DNA of 64,000 nt, the filler included, from Globobulimina sp. (taxonomy: Eukaryota): the NCBI GenBank assembly GCA_003354225.1. It is 10 parts of 10 records of this genome, joined end to end, with 100 filler letters (N's around TTAATTAATTAA, not from the genome) between each part and the next. Parts side by side here need not be neighbours in the genome. Positions count along the whole stretch, not along the records: positions 38,533 to 44,833 come from PIVH01000317.1; positions 44,934 to 51,232 come from PIVH01000318.1; positions 51,333 to 57,631 come from PIVH01000319.1; 7 more parts are not named here. One strand, 5' to 3'. This document shows, one piece after another, positions 44,001-55,180 of this stretch; position 1 is the stretch's first letter; every line of letters begins with the position of its first letter. Below the pieces are notes generated by a model, which worked only from the letters and a program-made list of their open reading frames with translations, was not told the origin of the DNA and ran no database searches. Made by a program: the position numbers and the translations under genes.

Positions 44001-44833
44001 ATTTGCAAACGTGGCATTTAACTACAAACGCTGAGGGGAGGATATATTTACCCGCATTGGATAAGAATTTCTACAAAATTGCTGTGGTCTGTGCTGCTTT
44101 GAAGAGCTTAGGCAATGAATGGTTGTTAGAGTCTGGCTTATTTCATTGCGATACTCCGAATGTGATACAAATGGCCGCCGGCCACAGTGTAAGAATACCA
44201 TTTATTCCCAGCGAAGAAGAGGAGAAATCCAGTGTGGATTATAGATATAAACGTAAATATAGAGGACCAATCATGATGTTGTATGATAAATATTTCTCCA
44301 ATAAATATGTGGATAATTTTCAATATGACAATGGATATATTACCATCAAGGGACTAAAAACCGGGTCGTATATTTTACGCTTCTTAGACGATGACATGGA
44401 TGATATAGAAATCAGTGTGTCTGCGGGAGAGGTGTTAGCCAAAGGATTCATTGCGAATAAAAATGAAATTGTCGAGCTATCACCAAAGGAGATACTACAA
44501 ATCCAATCCATTGCAGGGGATAGAAACAAAGGGGTCGAGATTAGCATTGGTGGCGTATCCGCGGCCACGAGGATTCATTTAATTGCTACGCATTTCATTC
44601 CACGCTTCTCAGTGTCGAAATTCTTAGACGTTTTAGACCCATCCAATTTAAAATTAGATTTCATGGCCAATGCGAAAAATATGTACCTCCCACAGCGGAT
44701 TATCGGCGAAGAGTATCGCTATGTTTTAGAGCGGCAAACTGCGCCCAAATTCATTGGTAACTCCTTGCAGCGGCCTTCGTTGTTAATCAAACCATTGGAA
44801 CATCAGTCCACTGAGACAAAGAAGCAAGACGCT
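41047..44833 (+). CDS. Very large conserved hypothetical protein, multi-exon, 3'-truncated
   Basis: Several exons with short GT..AG introns, then an 860-codon ORF containing VKIFEINT...DLNLDGL, RGIYFVDLIANG and EEYRYVLER...GNSLQRPSLL. Confidence 0.7.
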
Positions 44834-44933
44834 NNNNNNNNNNNNNNNNNNNNNNNNNNNNNNNNNNNNNNNNNNNNTTAATTAATTAANNNNNNNNNNN
44901 NNNNNNNNNNNNNNNNNNNNNNNNNNNNNNNNN
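44834..44933. other. Artificial contig linker
   Basis: N44-TTAATTAATTAA-N44. Confidence 0.98.
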
Positions 44934-45864
44934 ACAAAATAGAAAACAAACAAGAAAACATCAATCAAAAAAAATCACAATCAAATATGATGCGAACCAA
45001 CAAACAGAATCCGATGAATCCGTGCAAATACAGTTAAAAACAGAAACACTTTTGCATTTGCTAACTAATAATAAAATAATATTGCACAGACCATCACCAT
45101 TTATTGCGTTAACAGCCGATATTATCAATGAAGCAAAAAATAATTCAGCACCCCCATATTGGACAGATGTATATAATGCAATATTAGATATGCGACAAAA
45201 TGGAGTTGCATCAAATGCAGAGGTGGATCGATTAGGCGCCGGATGTTTATTTGATAAATCCGCAGATCTAAAAACGCAAAGATTCCATGTCATGGTATCG
45301 TTGTTATTATCATCACAAACAAGGGACTGTGTAACAGCACAATCAGTGCATAATTTGCAACGCCATTTTAATGGTTTAACAGTGGACTCAATTTGTGAGG
45401 TTACAAATATGAAAGAGATAAATGATTGTATTCGTATCGTTGGCTTTCATAATAAAAAAACAAAGTATTTATTTAAAATGGCTAATGTGTTAAAAAATAA
45501 ATATGGAGGGAATGTCCCGAATGCATTGAATGAATTATTGCATTTACCAGGAATTGGACCAAAAATGGCATATATTGCTATGCAAATTATATGGAATAAA
45601 AATATTGGCATTGGTGTGGATGTTCATTGTCATCGAATACTGAATTTATTGAATTGGACAAGAAATAAGAAATGTAAAACAGCTGAACATACAAGGAAAG
45701 AAATTCAACAATGGATGCCGCAGCGTTTATGGCCGTCGATCAATCATTTGTTTGTAGGATTTGGTCAAACTGTTTGTAAGCCAAGAAATCCAAAGTGTCA
45801 TCTTTGTGAAATGAAACAATTCTGTCCAACTGGGAAAAAATTGTGCAATGAAAAAACTTTATGA
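44934..45864 (+). CDS. NTH1: Endonuclease III homologue (HhH-GPD glycosylase/AP lyase), 5'-truncated
   Basis: LLLSSQTRD, LPGIGPKMA, GIGVDVHCHR, LFVGFGQTVC and the 4Fe-4S motif C-x6-C-x2-C-x5-C. Confidence 0.93.
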
Positions 45865-46763
45865 TTTTGGTTCAACGCAACTGTGTTATCATAATTCTTA
45901 ATAATGGCAATTTTTTATAGATGTTAAACTGATTTTATTTTGATAATATTTGATTGGAAATAAAATTAATTCAAAAGGAAAATTATTTTGTATTATATAT
46001 ATTAGTTAATAGTAAAAATCAAGTATATATATCAAGTAATGTCATAATATTAAATAAAAATATATTTCCGTATCCATTTATTAATAGCAAATTGGCACAC
46101 AAAATATTGGAGAAATCCATCAACGAAGTTTGAATACGGAAATATGGTGAATTGAATGATACCAATATGTAATACAAAATAAATAATATTCCCAATCAAC
46201 GTAACATTTATTATAACAATAAAATTAAAATCAGTTTTAATACCACGCCATTCTGAAAAGTTTGCAATGCTTCAGTTCGGTTTTGGTTGTGCATATACGG
46301 AGATATACCTGTTTGTGGACAGTCAGAATCGTTAATCCAGATACTCATTTTTAATGTTTTTCATTGTGGCATTAAAATTAATCAAATTTAGGATAAATTT
46401 AGCAGCAAACAACAAAAACAAATACAAATACTAGAGAATTGTATATACACTCACCATTATCAATTTTCCTCTATTTTTTTCCAGATCAATGAGTAAAAAC
46501 ATCGATAACAACAAAAGATGTTTGCGAAATGAGAGAGCAAAAGAAAAAAGAAAACAATCTAAAAACAATACACAAAAAACATATAAGTACTATATCGAGG
46601 AGGAGTGAAAAGATGTACAACAAAAAAGTCGAAGCGGGTATAAAAGTTACATATATCTAAAGTTTGCATAATGTGCCAACTTTGCAGTCAGATTTAGAAA
46701 TACTAATTAAAACTAAAGCAACTTTTATATCCGTTGTAACCAAAAAAAAAGAGAGGGGAAAAA

Positions 46764-48164
46764 TTAAAAAGTATTATTTTGTACAAATTTATGATAGTTT
46801 ACACATAAATTACATCCAGAAGTAGTTGAATGTACCGGTGCGTTGCTAAGGGCACCAATGTTGTTTTTCATATTAATATTATTCTTGTCATCATACAATT
46901 TTAACCAGTTCAAGAAAGCACGATCAATGTCGCAGGGATCATATAATTTTAATCCGCGGCCGTCCTCAGGCAATTGTGCGGTGTAAGATTGCTCCATGTC
47001 GTAGCAATATGAGGTTCGGCTATATTCGCTGATGTCGTTCCCGCTGTTATACACAGACAGCACCACAAGGTCCGCATCGCACGGCGCCGGAGGCTTCATC
47101 AGATTGGAGCCGTTATAGTAGCTCGCCTCTAACATGTAAGGCTGCACTGCGCCGGCCACAGTATTGATATTATGCGTTTTGGTGTTCATGGCAATATATT
47201 GCTGGTTATGGCCAGTATGTAACTGATACTGCCGGAGATCGAATAGCTTCATAGGAATTACTGTCGGATTGGACTGCCATAATATCTCCATAGTGGGGGA
47301 ATATTTGAGTACACCGGTCCGGATTTCTTGTAGAATATCAGCCGAAGTCACATCGTATTTGCAATCAATGTCAACCATGTCATTCCAATACGCGTTTTCT
47401 AAGATCAATGGGGAATATTTGCAGCGAGAACTGTACCAAGTATCGGGAATGGAAGCTATTTGTTTGGATATGGCAGACCAAGACGTGTATTCATCCAATA
47501 TTAGCAGTAAGTTGTTGTCATATTTCTGTTTGAGATAATGGATAAAGAGAGGCGGCAAATCCTTGATGAAACTGAATAAATTGTCTGTTTCTATTTGTTT
47601 GCTGTCAGAATATGCAGCTGACTGTACATCAACATGTTGGTTAAATAGTTGCTTCAACTGATTTTTGTTGATTTTGAAGAAAAAGAGGCTGTCATCCATG
47701 ATGTATCTGGGTATTGTGTGGATGCACAAACTTAAGTGGACAATGCTGGTAAATATGACCCGTTTGCGGCGGAGGGGTTGCAGCGCAAAATAATATTTAC
47801 GACATAAGTCAATAATACATAAAGGCATATCGGTGTTTGTCGAGGTCATGTAGCCGATGGTTATAATACGGTGCAATTCCAATTGTGGATTATCTACAAA
47901 TTGTTCTGGTGAGCAATAATTATCGTTGTCCATATTGCAGCGCTGCTGAAATATACCAAATGTTGTATACTGAATCCGATCATAAATTGCAGATTTGCTT
48001 GAATTTGATGGCGATGTTTGGCATTTGATTATTGACTCTGTTCGGTAATGGATATTGATTGATGATGAAATATTATTCTTATTCTTATTTTTTGAGGGTG
48101 TTGCTTTTATGAGATGTTGTTCGTACGAATGTTCTGGCGGCAATTTCTGACATAAACTACCCAT
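46764..48164 (-). CDS. Hypothetical protein with a possible N-myristoylation start (MGSLC)
   Basis: Long ORF carrying the recurrent 'IGY...MPLCIIDLCRKYY' module. Confidence 0.6.
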   Translation of the reverse strand: MGSLCQKLPPEHSYEQHLIKATPSKNKNKNNISSSINIHYRTESIIKCQTSPSNSSKSAIYDRIQYTTFGIFQQRCNMDNDNYCSPEQFVDNPQLELHRIITIGYMTSTNTDMPLCIIDLCRKYYFALQPLRRKRVIFTSIVHLSLCIHTIPRYIMDDSLFFFKINKNQLKQLFNQHVDVQSAAYSDSKQIETDNLFSFIKDLPPLFIHYLKQKYDNNLLLILDEYTSWSAISKQIASIPDTWYSSRCKYSPLILENAYWNDMVDIDCKYDVTSADILQEIRTGVLKYSPTMEILWQSNPTVIPMKLFDLRQYQLHTGHNQQYIAMNTKTHNINTVAGAVQPYMLEASYYNGSNLMKPPAPCDADLVVLSVYNSGNDISEYSRTSYCYDMEQSYTAQLPEDGRGLKLYDPCDIDRAFLNWLKLYDDKNNINMKNNIGALSNAPVHSTTSGCNLCVNYHKFVQNNTF

Positions 48165-48404
48165 TTCTTTGAGATTGGAGGCCAAAAACAAAAACGAAAA
48201 GAAAACATAAATCAACCCTATTATCAAAGAAATATATATGTCAAAAATGTACAGATATTAAATGTTAATTCGTTAATTTGCGTTGCATGCAAGAGAGGAC
48301 ATGATGACTACTGACTAGTTTGCTGATATGATGAACATTGTAACACGAAAACGAATAGTCAGAGGTTCGTACTTGTGACTCTCCGTTGTTTATGCACAAA
48401 TCAA

Positions 48405-49439
48405 TCAGCTGGCAAATGTTGCTAAAACATATGTCGATATCATTTGGACAATGCCATATGGCAAAATGTATTTGTTTCTGCGCCTACAATATGCATTCAC
48501 TAAACTCAATTTTCGCAAGTTCCAATCCCAGATAAATTCCTCTTTATCATAACCAAGCTCAATATATAAATCCTTAAATAACCTCCTCACATAATTGTAG
48601 TTGGGTTGTTGTGCAAATTTCATTCCTCTCCAATATGACATATAAGTTGCAAATGCCAATGCAAATTCATGTGGTAAATCTTGACACAACTCTTGCATTG
48701 ATATCTGCATTTTTTTTTGTAAAATTACCTCATTTGTTTTTGCAACTTTCTTCAATCCGGACCAAGGTAACTTTCCTCGACATACAAAATACAGTAATAC
48801 ATAACCAATCGATTCCAAATCATCTCTCCGCGATGACGCAATGCCCAAATGGTGATTGATTGATGCATACCGTCGACAGTTCTTCATTCGTTTACCTTCA
48901 CAATATTGAATATGTTGTTGTGTCTTTGGATTTATATAAAAATCCATATGTCCGAAACCCACAAAATAAATATCATTATGCTTTACACCAAAATGAATAG
49001 GATTTATACTGTTGTGAATAAATTTGTTAGTATGGATGTTTTCAATCGTAGCTAATAATTTATCTGCAATGAGCAGGATAGTTTTCAGAGTAAATTTATA
49101 GTTACAAAATTCAAATAATTGCTGGAGAGTAACATCAAATAACTCCATCACAACCATACGATAGCTATCACTGTCAAAACCTGTCCAATATATTTCTGGT
49201 ATTCCAGTTTCGCTTTGCAGTCTCAGGTATTTTGAGGATTGCCATTTGAGATAAACATCTTGATGCTTATTATTATGATGATTCCGCTTAATTGCAACAT
49301 ATTGCTTTGTAAGGATATTGGTTCCATAATATGTATCATGGTAACGACCTTTACAAATCATGTAGTCGGCAGATTGGATAAATGAATATGTATTATCTAT
49401 AATTATGGGTAGAGGAGGTGTCTCAATATCGTTTTCCAT
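48405..49439 (-). CDS. Casein kinase 1-like protein, predicted pseudokinase
   Basis: VAIK, FTLKTILLIADKL, RYASINHHLG and SRRDDLESIGY mark CK1. HRD is replaced by HNS and DFG by GFG. Confidence 0.88.
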   Translation of the reverse strand: MENDIETPPLPIIIDNTYSFIQSADYMICKGRYHDTYYGTNILTKQYVAIKRNHHNNKHQDVYLKWQSSKYLRLQSETGIPEIYWTGFDSDSYRMVVMELFDVTLQQLFEFCNYKFTLKTILLIADKLLATIENIHTNKFIHNSINPIHFGVKHNDIYFVGFGHMDFYINPKTQQHIQYCEGKRMKNCRRYASINHHLGIASSRRDDLESIGYVLLYFVCRGKLPWSGLKKVAKTNEVILQKKMQISMQELCQDLPHEFALAFATYMSYWRGMKFAQQPNYNYVRRLFKDLYIELGYDKEEFIWDWNLRKLSLVNAYCRRRNKYILPYGIVQMISTYVLATFAS

Positions 49440-49475
49440 TTATACCTAAAGTCCTAAACTATAAAAAAAATGTTT

Positions 49476-51146
49476 TCAAAATAAGGTTATATTCGCACCA
49501 TCATTGTTTATATCGAACATTATATCGATCCCAACCTCATTGTACCAAAATTGGCATACATTATTTCTGTAATTTGGTTTAAAATCATTTTCCATTTCAA
49601 TTTTATCTCTCAATATCAAAACATTGGAAGAACTTTGTTTATCCTCATATACATTCCACACAATATCAGCTATATTTGGTTGCATAAATTTACCGAAAGC
49701 AGTCCAAGCAGACATGATGGCATTTGATAATGTTTGATTCCATGGAAACTCATACACAAAATTATCAGTTTGCGTATTTGTATCAAAAACATATGACAGT
49801 TCACTGCCATGTCCAGCATAATAACTTCCATTTCTTCCGGACCCACCAAAGTAATAAACATAAACGACATCGTTTCCAATTTGTTGATTTATATTTTGTG
49901 CCATTTGTAATGTGGGACAAAATAAGCCAACATCAGAGACAATCGTAAACCATACAAGTTCATATGTATTATGATCTGGTGGATAAAAAGTAAAATCTGA
50001 CAACGGATAATAATAATTATATAATAAGTTCTGTTGTGTTTTATTTGGAACAAATTCATTTAAAAATTGCAAATATTCATCGTTTGTAGTGGGTCTTTTA
50101 CCTAAATGCCATGGAAACGCTACGATTGTGTCCATTGTGTTTGAACCAACAATCAATTGATCCAAATTAAACACAGTTAAATTATTATATATATGGATTG
50201 GTTGATCAATTAATACAAAACCATCCACAGATGGCACGAATAACGGTGCTCTGTTCATACTTTGTTGTAATTCCTGTGCTGGTATGGACCGTAAATAGCT
50301 CACATTATTTGGATAATTAATCGCAGCTAAGATTTGAGGCCATTGTTGCAAACCAAATGAGAGATTATAAGCGGTCCATGGACCATTGCATGAGCCGGAT
50401 TGTATAATACCTCTTGAAAATAGATTGGTAGCTAATGATGATACGGCTAAACTGCACACAGATAAACCACCTGCACTTTCTCCGAAAATTGTGATCTGTG
50501 ACGCGTTTCCACCATAATCTGAAATATATTTATTAATCCATTTTAATGCAATAATTTGATCGTATAAACCATTTTGTGAGCCGTAGGATGGCCAATTAAT
50601 TGTATCTTCATCATATAATTGTTGCGAAGCAAAGAAACCAAATATGCCAACACGATAATTGATGGAAATATATACAAAATCTTTGTTTCTACCAACAATA
50701 TTAAGTCCGTTACAATATGATGCTGAGCCTGATCCACTTTCGAAAGAACCGCCATGTATCCATACCATGACAGGTAATAATGGTTGCATTGAGTTATCCG
50801 TTTGGTTTGGAATAGATGGTGTCCATATATTTAATAATAAACAATCTTCTGATTGTGTCTGATTCTCACTTAGAAAGCCTGATTGCATACAAATATGACC
50901 AAATGCAGTAGCATTATAAATATTATTCCATTTTGATTCATTTAATTTTGATGGTCTGAATCTTAAGTGACCAACTGGCGATATTCCATATTGAATTGCT
51001 TTAAATGAATAAACTGTTTGTCTGCCTTCAATCTCATGCACTGTACCTTCAATTCTGCCTAATTGAGTGTCAACGATGATTGTCTTAGCAGTAATTATAC
51101 AGATAATGCTTACTATTAATAAAATTGTAAAGAGTGCAGTTGCAGT
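49476..51146 (-). CDS. Type-B carboxylesterase/cholinesterase family protein, extreme 5' end missing
   Basis: SEDCLLLNIW, WIHGGSF, FGESAG nucleophile and GHGSEL. Upstream signal peptide and 'VDTQLGRIEG'. Confidence 0.93.
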   Translation of the reverse strand, partial: TATALFTILLIVSIICIITAKTIIVDTQLGRIEGTVHEIEGRQTVYSFKAIQYGISPVGHLRFRPSKLNESKWNNIYNATAFGHICMQSGFLSENQTQSEDCLLLNIWTPSIPNQTDNSMQPLLPVMVWIHGGSFESGSGSASYCNGLNIVGRNKDFVYISINYRVGIFGFFASQQLYDEDTINWPSYGSQNGLYDQIIALKWINKYISDYGGNASQITIFGESAGGLSVCSLAVSSLATNLFSRGIIQSGSCNGPWTAYNLSFGLQQWPQILAAINYPNNVSYLRSIPAQELQQSMNRAPLFVPSVDGFVLIDQPIHIYNNLTVFNLDQLIVGSNTMDTIVAFPWHLGKRPTTNDEYLQFLNEFVPNKTQQNLLYNYYYPLSDFTFYPPDHNTYELVWFTIVSDVGLFCPTLQMAQNINQQIGNDVVYVYYFGGSGRNGSYYAGHGSELSYVFDTNTQTDNFVYEFPWNQTLSNAIMSAWTAFGKFMQPNIADIVWNVYEDKQSSSNVLILRDKIEMENDFKPNYRNNVCQFWYNEVGIDIMFDINNDGANITLF

Positions 51147-51232
51147 CCTGGGCCATGGACAAAGGTTTTTCTCCCCTCGCTTGGAAAAAATGACTACGAC
51201 TGTAATCGGCTAACCAACACCATCTTTATAAT

Positions 51233-51332
51233 NNNNNNNNNNNNNNNNNNNNNNNNNNNNNNNNNNNNNNNNNNNNTTAATTAATTAANNNNNNNNNNNN
51301 NNNNNNNNNNNNNNNNNNNNNNNNNNNNNNNN
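51233..51332. other. Artificial contig linker
   Basis: N44-TTAATTAATTAA-N44. Confidence 0.98.
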
Positions 51333-51726
51333 CACGGTTATAATGTGTGATTGCACTACGATTATTCCTCAAAGATTTATTATGTAAATAGCCCGATTTA
51401 TCCATTAATCCGATCCACATTTCATCGCCAACCGATTTAATATAACAATTAATTAATATTCTTTCATTTGTCTCAATATAATTTGCTGATTTTACAATTA
51501 CATAATCACGACCTCCGACAATTGTTGATCTGCTTTGATTTTTCAATGAAGGATTCCGAAATCTAACCATTGAATTATTGTTTGTAAATTGTAATAATTT
51601 ATCACTACGCTCGACATTGCATTTACCCCATTTCAATTGCAAATTCTTTGCAGGTTTTAAATAATTAATTATTGACTTTATAATATCTGTTGGCATATGC
51701 ATGTGTAATTTGGTGAGATAATAATA
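51333..51726 (-). CDS. Exon of a SPRY-like domain protein, 3'-truncated
   Basis: MPTDIIKSIINYL followed by beta-rich 'INCYIKSVGDEMWIGL'. The upstream exon is uncertain. Confidence 0.45.
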
Positions 51727-51976
51727 CTAATAAATGATCATAATATGCAAATATTGTTTCATTCGCTGAATATGTCCATAACGCAATTTCTACACTTAAA
51801 TCGAGTAAGACTGGCCGCAATGTTGGCAATGCAAACAATAAAGCATCCGCAGTCTGATAAATGGTGAGTGTTTGTTCCATTCCTTGCACAAGTTTTTACT
51901 GCACTGCCTGCTGATCATGGCTCTTCTGCCAACACTGACAGATCCAGACAAACTCGGCTTATTAATACAATGCAGA

Positions 51977-54004
51977 ATGAAAATGGACAAATTAAATGAT
52001 AATCAGTTGAATAACTACGCACACTCAACACTTCAATTATTATCAATGAAACAATTAAAAAAACTTTTATTTGTTGGCTTTAATTCAATTAAAAATGATA
52101 TCGAATATAATCAATTATTTAAAATGAAAACATCAATTAATCAAATCATTGAAAATGCAAAAAAAGCAAAAAATAATAAATCCAAACCAAAGCCGAAAGC
52201 AATCAAAGAAAAAAAAGCAATCATACCAATTGTACCAAAGAATGCGTCATTAACTAAGACCATTCCCTTTGACATTCTAAGTAATAATATTTGTACATTT
52301 CTTACAATGTCATCCATTACGGAATTAGCAAAATGTGACAGGAAATTAGCCATTATTTGCCATACACCCACTTCTATTAAAAATTTGATGCATCGATATG
52401 ATCCGTATAAATATGCTGATCTTATTGTTGATTTAGTCATTGATGGTCATTATAAAAATATGCATAATTGGACGGTTTCCAACATTCATAAATTGAAAAA
52501 TATTGAGAAATTGTCAATTAATCTTTCAATTTTGGAGTATTCCAAAACGTTAAAAATATTTAACGTATTCCAAAAAGTTAAACACTTATCTTTTTATGGT
52601 GAGGTCGAAGATGATGTTTTTTCACTCAGTAACATGAAATTAATGCCATTGTTAAAAACAATTCGTTTTGTAAATAGTAGCATGTCTCTGCCTGTTTTAT
52701 TAGAGTTTCTTAAAAAATACAAAACAAATCAAATTCAATCAAGTGTTGCAGCAGTTCGCTATTACAATAAAATTATTTATCAATTAACATCCATTGTTTT
52801 TGTTGATTACGGGTTTGAAGATTTGACTGAATATGAACGTTTTGTCCCAGAGGATGATCTTGAAATGTATGCAAATTATGAAAATATATTGCATTTTATA
52901 TTACAACCACAACCCAATAATTTAGAGATACTTAAATTTGAAAATTCATTTTTCACCGAAACTGATGATCTAAAATGTAACTCTGCAAATAATGAATTTG
53001 TAAACATTGAAAGAATAAAATTATCATTGTCAAATTTAAAAGGATTTGTTTATGGACAAACATCACTTAACGATAATGATCAAAATCTATTTTTAAATTT
53101 AGCAAAGCAAATTTTATCAAATTTAATATTATTCAATAAATTAGAATCATTGCATACTCATTCAACTAATAATGGATTAATTTCATTGTATTTAAATGAT
53201 AATAATCGAAATGCATTGAATAGAATCAGCGAATTATGTATTTCTATTCCAATGCAACAAAACGTAACAACATCACCATTGTATTCACTCCATACATTGG
53301 TACCAAATTTAGAGAAATTATGTTTAGTAATTAATATATCAGATAATGATAAAGCTAATGTAGTGAATTTTGAAACCATTATTGAATCAATACTAATAAA
53401 TATGGGAAAATTGAAAGTATTTCAGATTGTAGCTGTAATTCAAGAGAAAACTGTTGCTGGTTCTATCGATGTATCTTTTTGTATTAAAAAAATACACATT
53501 TTAACTGAGTTTACCAAAATATTAGTTAACGCATTTAATTGGCTCCGCATAAATAATTATCCAAAACAAGAATTATTATTTAAATTTCATGTAAAATCTG
53601 TTCATTTAGATTTAGCAGCAAAATGTACAACACATTCATATAATAATGCTAGTAATTCAGTGAAATTGAGAGCATTTGCTGAGCGCATTCAAAGTATGAT
53701 AATGAATTATTTACTCACTTATCCATTGGGTAAAATTCAATTTAAAATAAGTTGGAATACTCGTCAGCACATTTGGATAGCGGAGGAATTGAAAATGTTT
53801 ACGAAAGGATTTGAGGGATTTTTTAAATGTTCGGTGAAAGAAGGCGGTTGTTTGATAAGTGAAGGTCAGGATTATAATTATAATGATATGGATTTCAAAC
53901 AATATGCTGTGAGTGTCACGAAACAAAATGTTGACAAAACTGTTGATTATGAAAGAAAATGGAACGTTGATTGTCAATATTGTTGTAATACACCATGGCT
54001 TTGA
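51977..54004 (+). CDS. F-box-like protein with leucine-rich repeats
   Basis: 'IPFDILSNNICTFLTMSSITELAKCDRKL' is F-box-like, with repeated LxxLxL segments downstream. Confidence 0.6.
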   Translation: MKMDKLNDNQLNNYAHSTLQLLSMKQLKKLLFVGFNSIKNDIEYNQLFKMKTSINQIIENAKKAKNNKSKPKPKAIKEKKAIIPIVPKNASLTKTIPFDILSNNICTFLTMSSITELAKCDRKLAIICHTPTSIKNLMHRYDPYKYADLIVDLVIDGHYKNMHNWTVSNIHKLKNIEKLSINLSILEYSKTLKIFNVFQKVKHLSFYGEVEDDVFSLSNMKLMPLLKTIRFVNSSMSLPVLLEFLKKYKTNQIQSSVAAVRYYNKIIYQLTSIVFVDYGFEDLTEYERFVPEDDLEMYANYENILHFILQPQPNNLEILKFENSFFTETDDLKCNSANNEFVNIERIKLSLSNLKGFVYGQTSLNDNDQNLFLNLAKQILSNLILFNKLESLHTHSTNNGLISLYLNDNNRNALNRISELCISIPMQQNVTTSPLYSLHTLVPNLEKLCLVINISDNDKANVVNFETIIESILINMGKLKVFQIVAVIQEKTVAGSIDVSFCIKKIHILTEFTKILVNAFNWLRINNYPKQELLFKFHVKSVHLDLAAKCTTHSYNNASNSVKLRAFAERIQSMIMNYLLTYPLGKIQFKISWNTRQHIWIAEELKMFTKGFEGFFKCSVKEGGCLISEGQDYNYNDMDFKQYAVSVTKQNVDKTVDYERKWNVDCQYCCNTPWL

Positions 54005-54015
54005 AAAAACATTTA

Positions 54016-54142
54016 ATATACTTCAAATATGCAATTTATTAGTCATCGCTCTCATTCCTTGCAAGGATCTGTCAAAGGCATCATCCGTTGCACAAAAGGA
54101 AAATCTTAAATATCTATATCTTCCTTCAAATCCTTCCTCTAA
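54016..54142. repeat. 127-bp direct repeat of 55174-55300 (orphan copy of the aminotransferase 3' end)
   Basis: Offset 1158 bp. By eye there are 5 mismatches, all synonymous in the minus-strand frame. Confidence 0.92.
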
Positions 54143-54340
54143 TATCATATGTATCTGGGATGTATCCAGATATATCTGAGATATATCATATCCTTCCTTA
54201 GACCATTCCTTTTCAGAAATTCCTTTGTTTTCATCTAACTAATCAAAAAATCACTTCAAACTTCTGAACTCATCTGATCTTTGTTCGAACAGAAAGCCAT
54301 TGCTTATTCTAGCAGTCTCTGATAGCGGGTAGCCAACCAG

Positions 54341-54946
54341 ATGTACACTAGTTCTTCATCTCCATTGCAATTGGTTATTTTGTTGCCTATGCCCACTGTA
54401 ACCCAGATAAGAGCAACAACGGATGTTTATTACATTTTGTCGCAAATTCCTATAACCTCAAAAGAATTGGAAGAATTTGAAGAAAAAGAATCAAAACCAA
54501 AAAAAGCAATGTTAAAAAGAATACAATTAACAAAATCAGAAATTGTGAAAATGCGTAAATTTAAGAAATACAAACTTGCCCAAGAGTTTGGTTTGGGAAT
54601 GAGTTTTGAACTCATTGCCTCTCCCAAAATTGAAGGCAATTTGTTTGACCGTTTTAAAAGCAGCAGAAGTAAAATTATCAATCAATTGATAAATGACATG
54701 AATCAAACATATGTGGCAATAAAATGTAAACAATTAAATGAAGATTTAAGAGTCAGCATTGTATTCTATTTATATTCACCATATATCATGCAATTTATCG
54801 GAAGTGGAGGAATTTCAAAGACCATTAAAGAAACAAATAAATGGCGAAAAGTTTATATTGAAGTCGATTCACGATTCAGCCAAATAGATTCGTTTTTGAA
54901 GATCTATGATGAAAAGAAATCAATTGAAATGAGAAAAGAAGATTAA
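54341..54946 (+). CDS. Hypothetical protein inside the repeat-flanked insert
   Basis: 201-aa Lys-rich ORF with no recognised domain. Confidence 0.5.
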   Translation: MYTSSSSPLQLVILLPMPTVTQIRATTDVYYILSQIPITSKELEEFEEKESKPKKAMLKRIQLTKSEIVKMRKFKKYKLAQEFGLGMSFELIASPKIEGNLFDRFKSSRSKIINQLINDMNQTYVAIKCKQLNEDLRVSIVFYLYSPYIMQFIGSGGISKTIKETNKWRKVYIEVDSRFSQIDSFLKIYDEKKSIEMRKED

Positions 54947-55180
54947 AACAAGCACACAATTGCTTTTGTCAGTTGACATTGCTCAGAACAGAATTGTTGT
55001 TGCTTGAAACCTTGTACACTTGTTAATATATTGAATTAAACAGAGAAACATTGACTTCCACTAATAAGAGTTATAAGACTCGCATATTCGCTTTGAAATC
55101 CCTTTTAATTCAATCAGATATGAAAACATAGGTATTTGCACATATATATTTTATGATAAGCATTTTATGATATATATACT

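Noticed and set aside
44934-51232. Functional gene cluster or giant-virus origin for the eukaryotic contigs
   Set aside because: No viral hallmark genes were seen, spliceosomal introns are common on the other eukaryotic contigs, and neighbouring genes are functionally unrelated.
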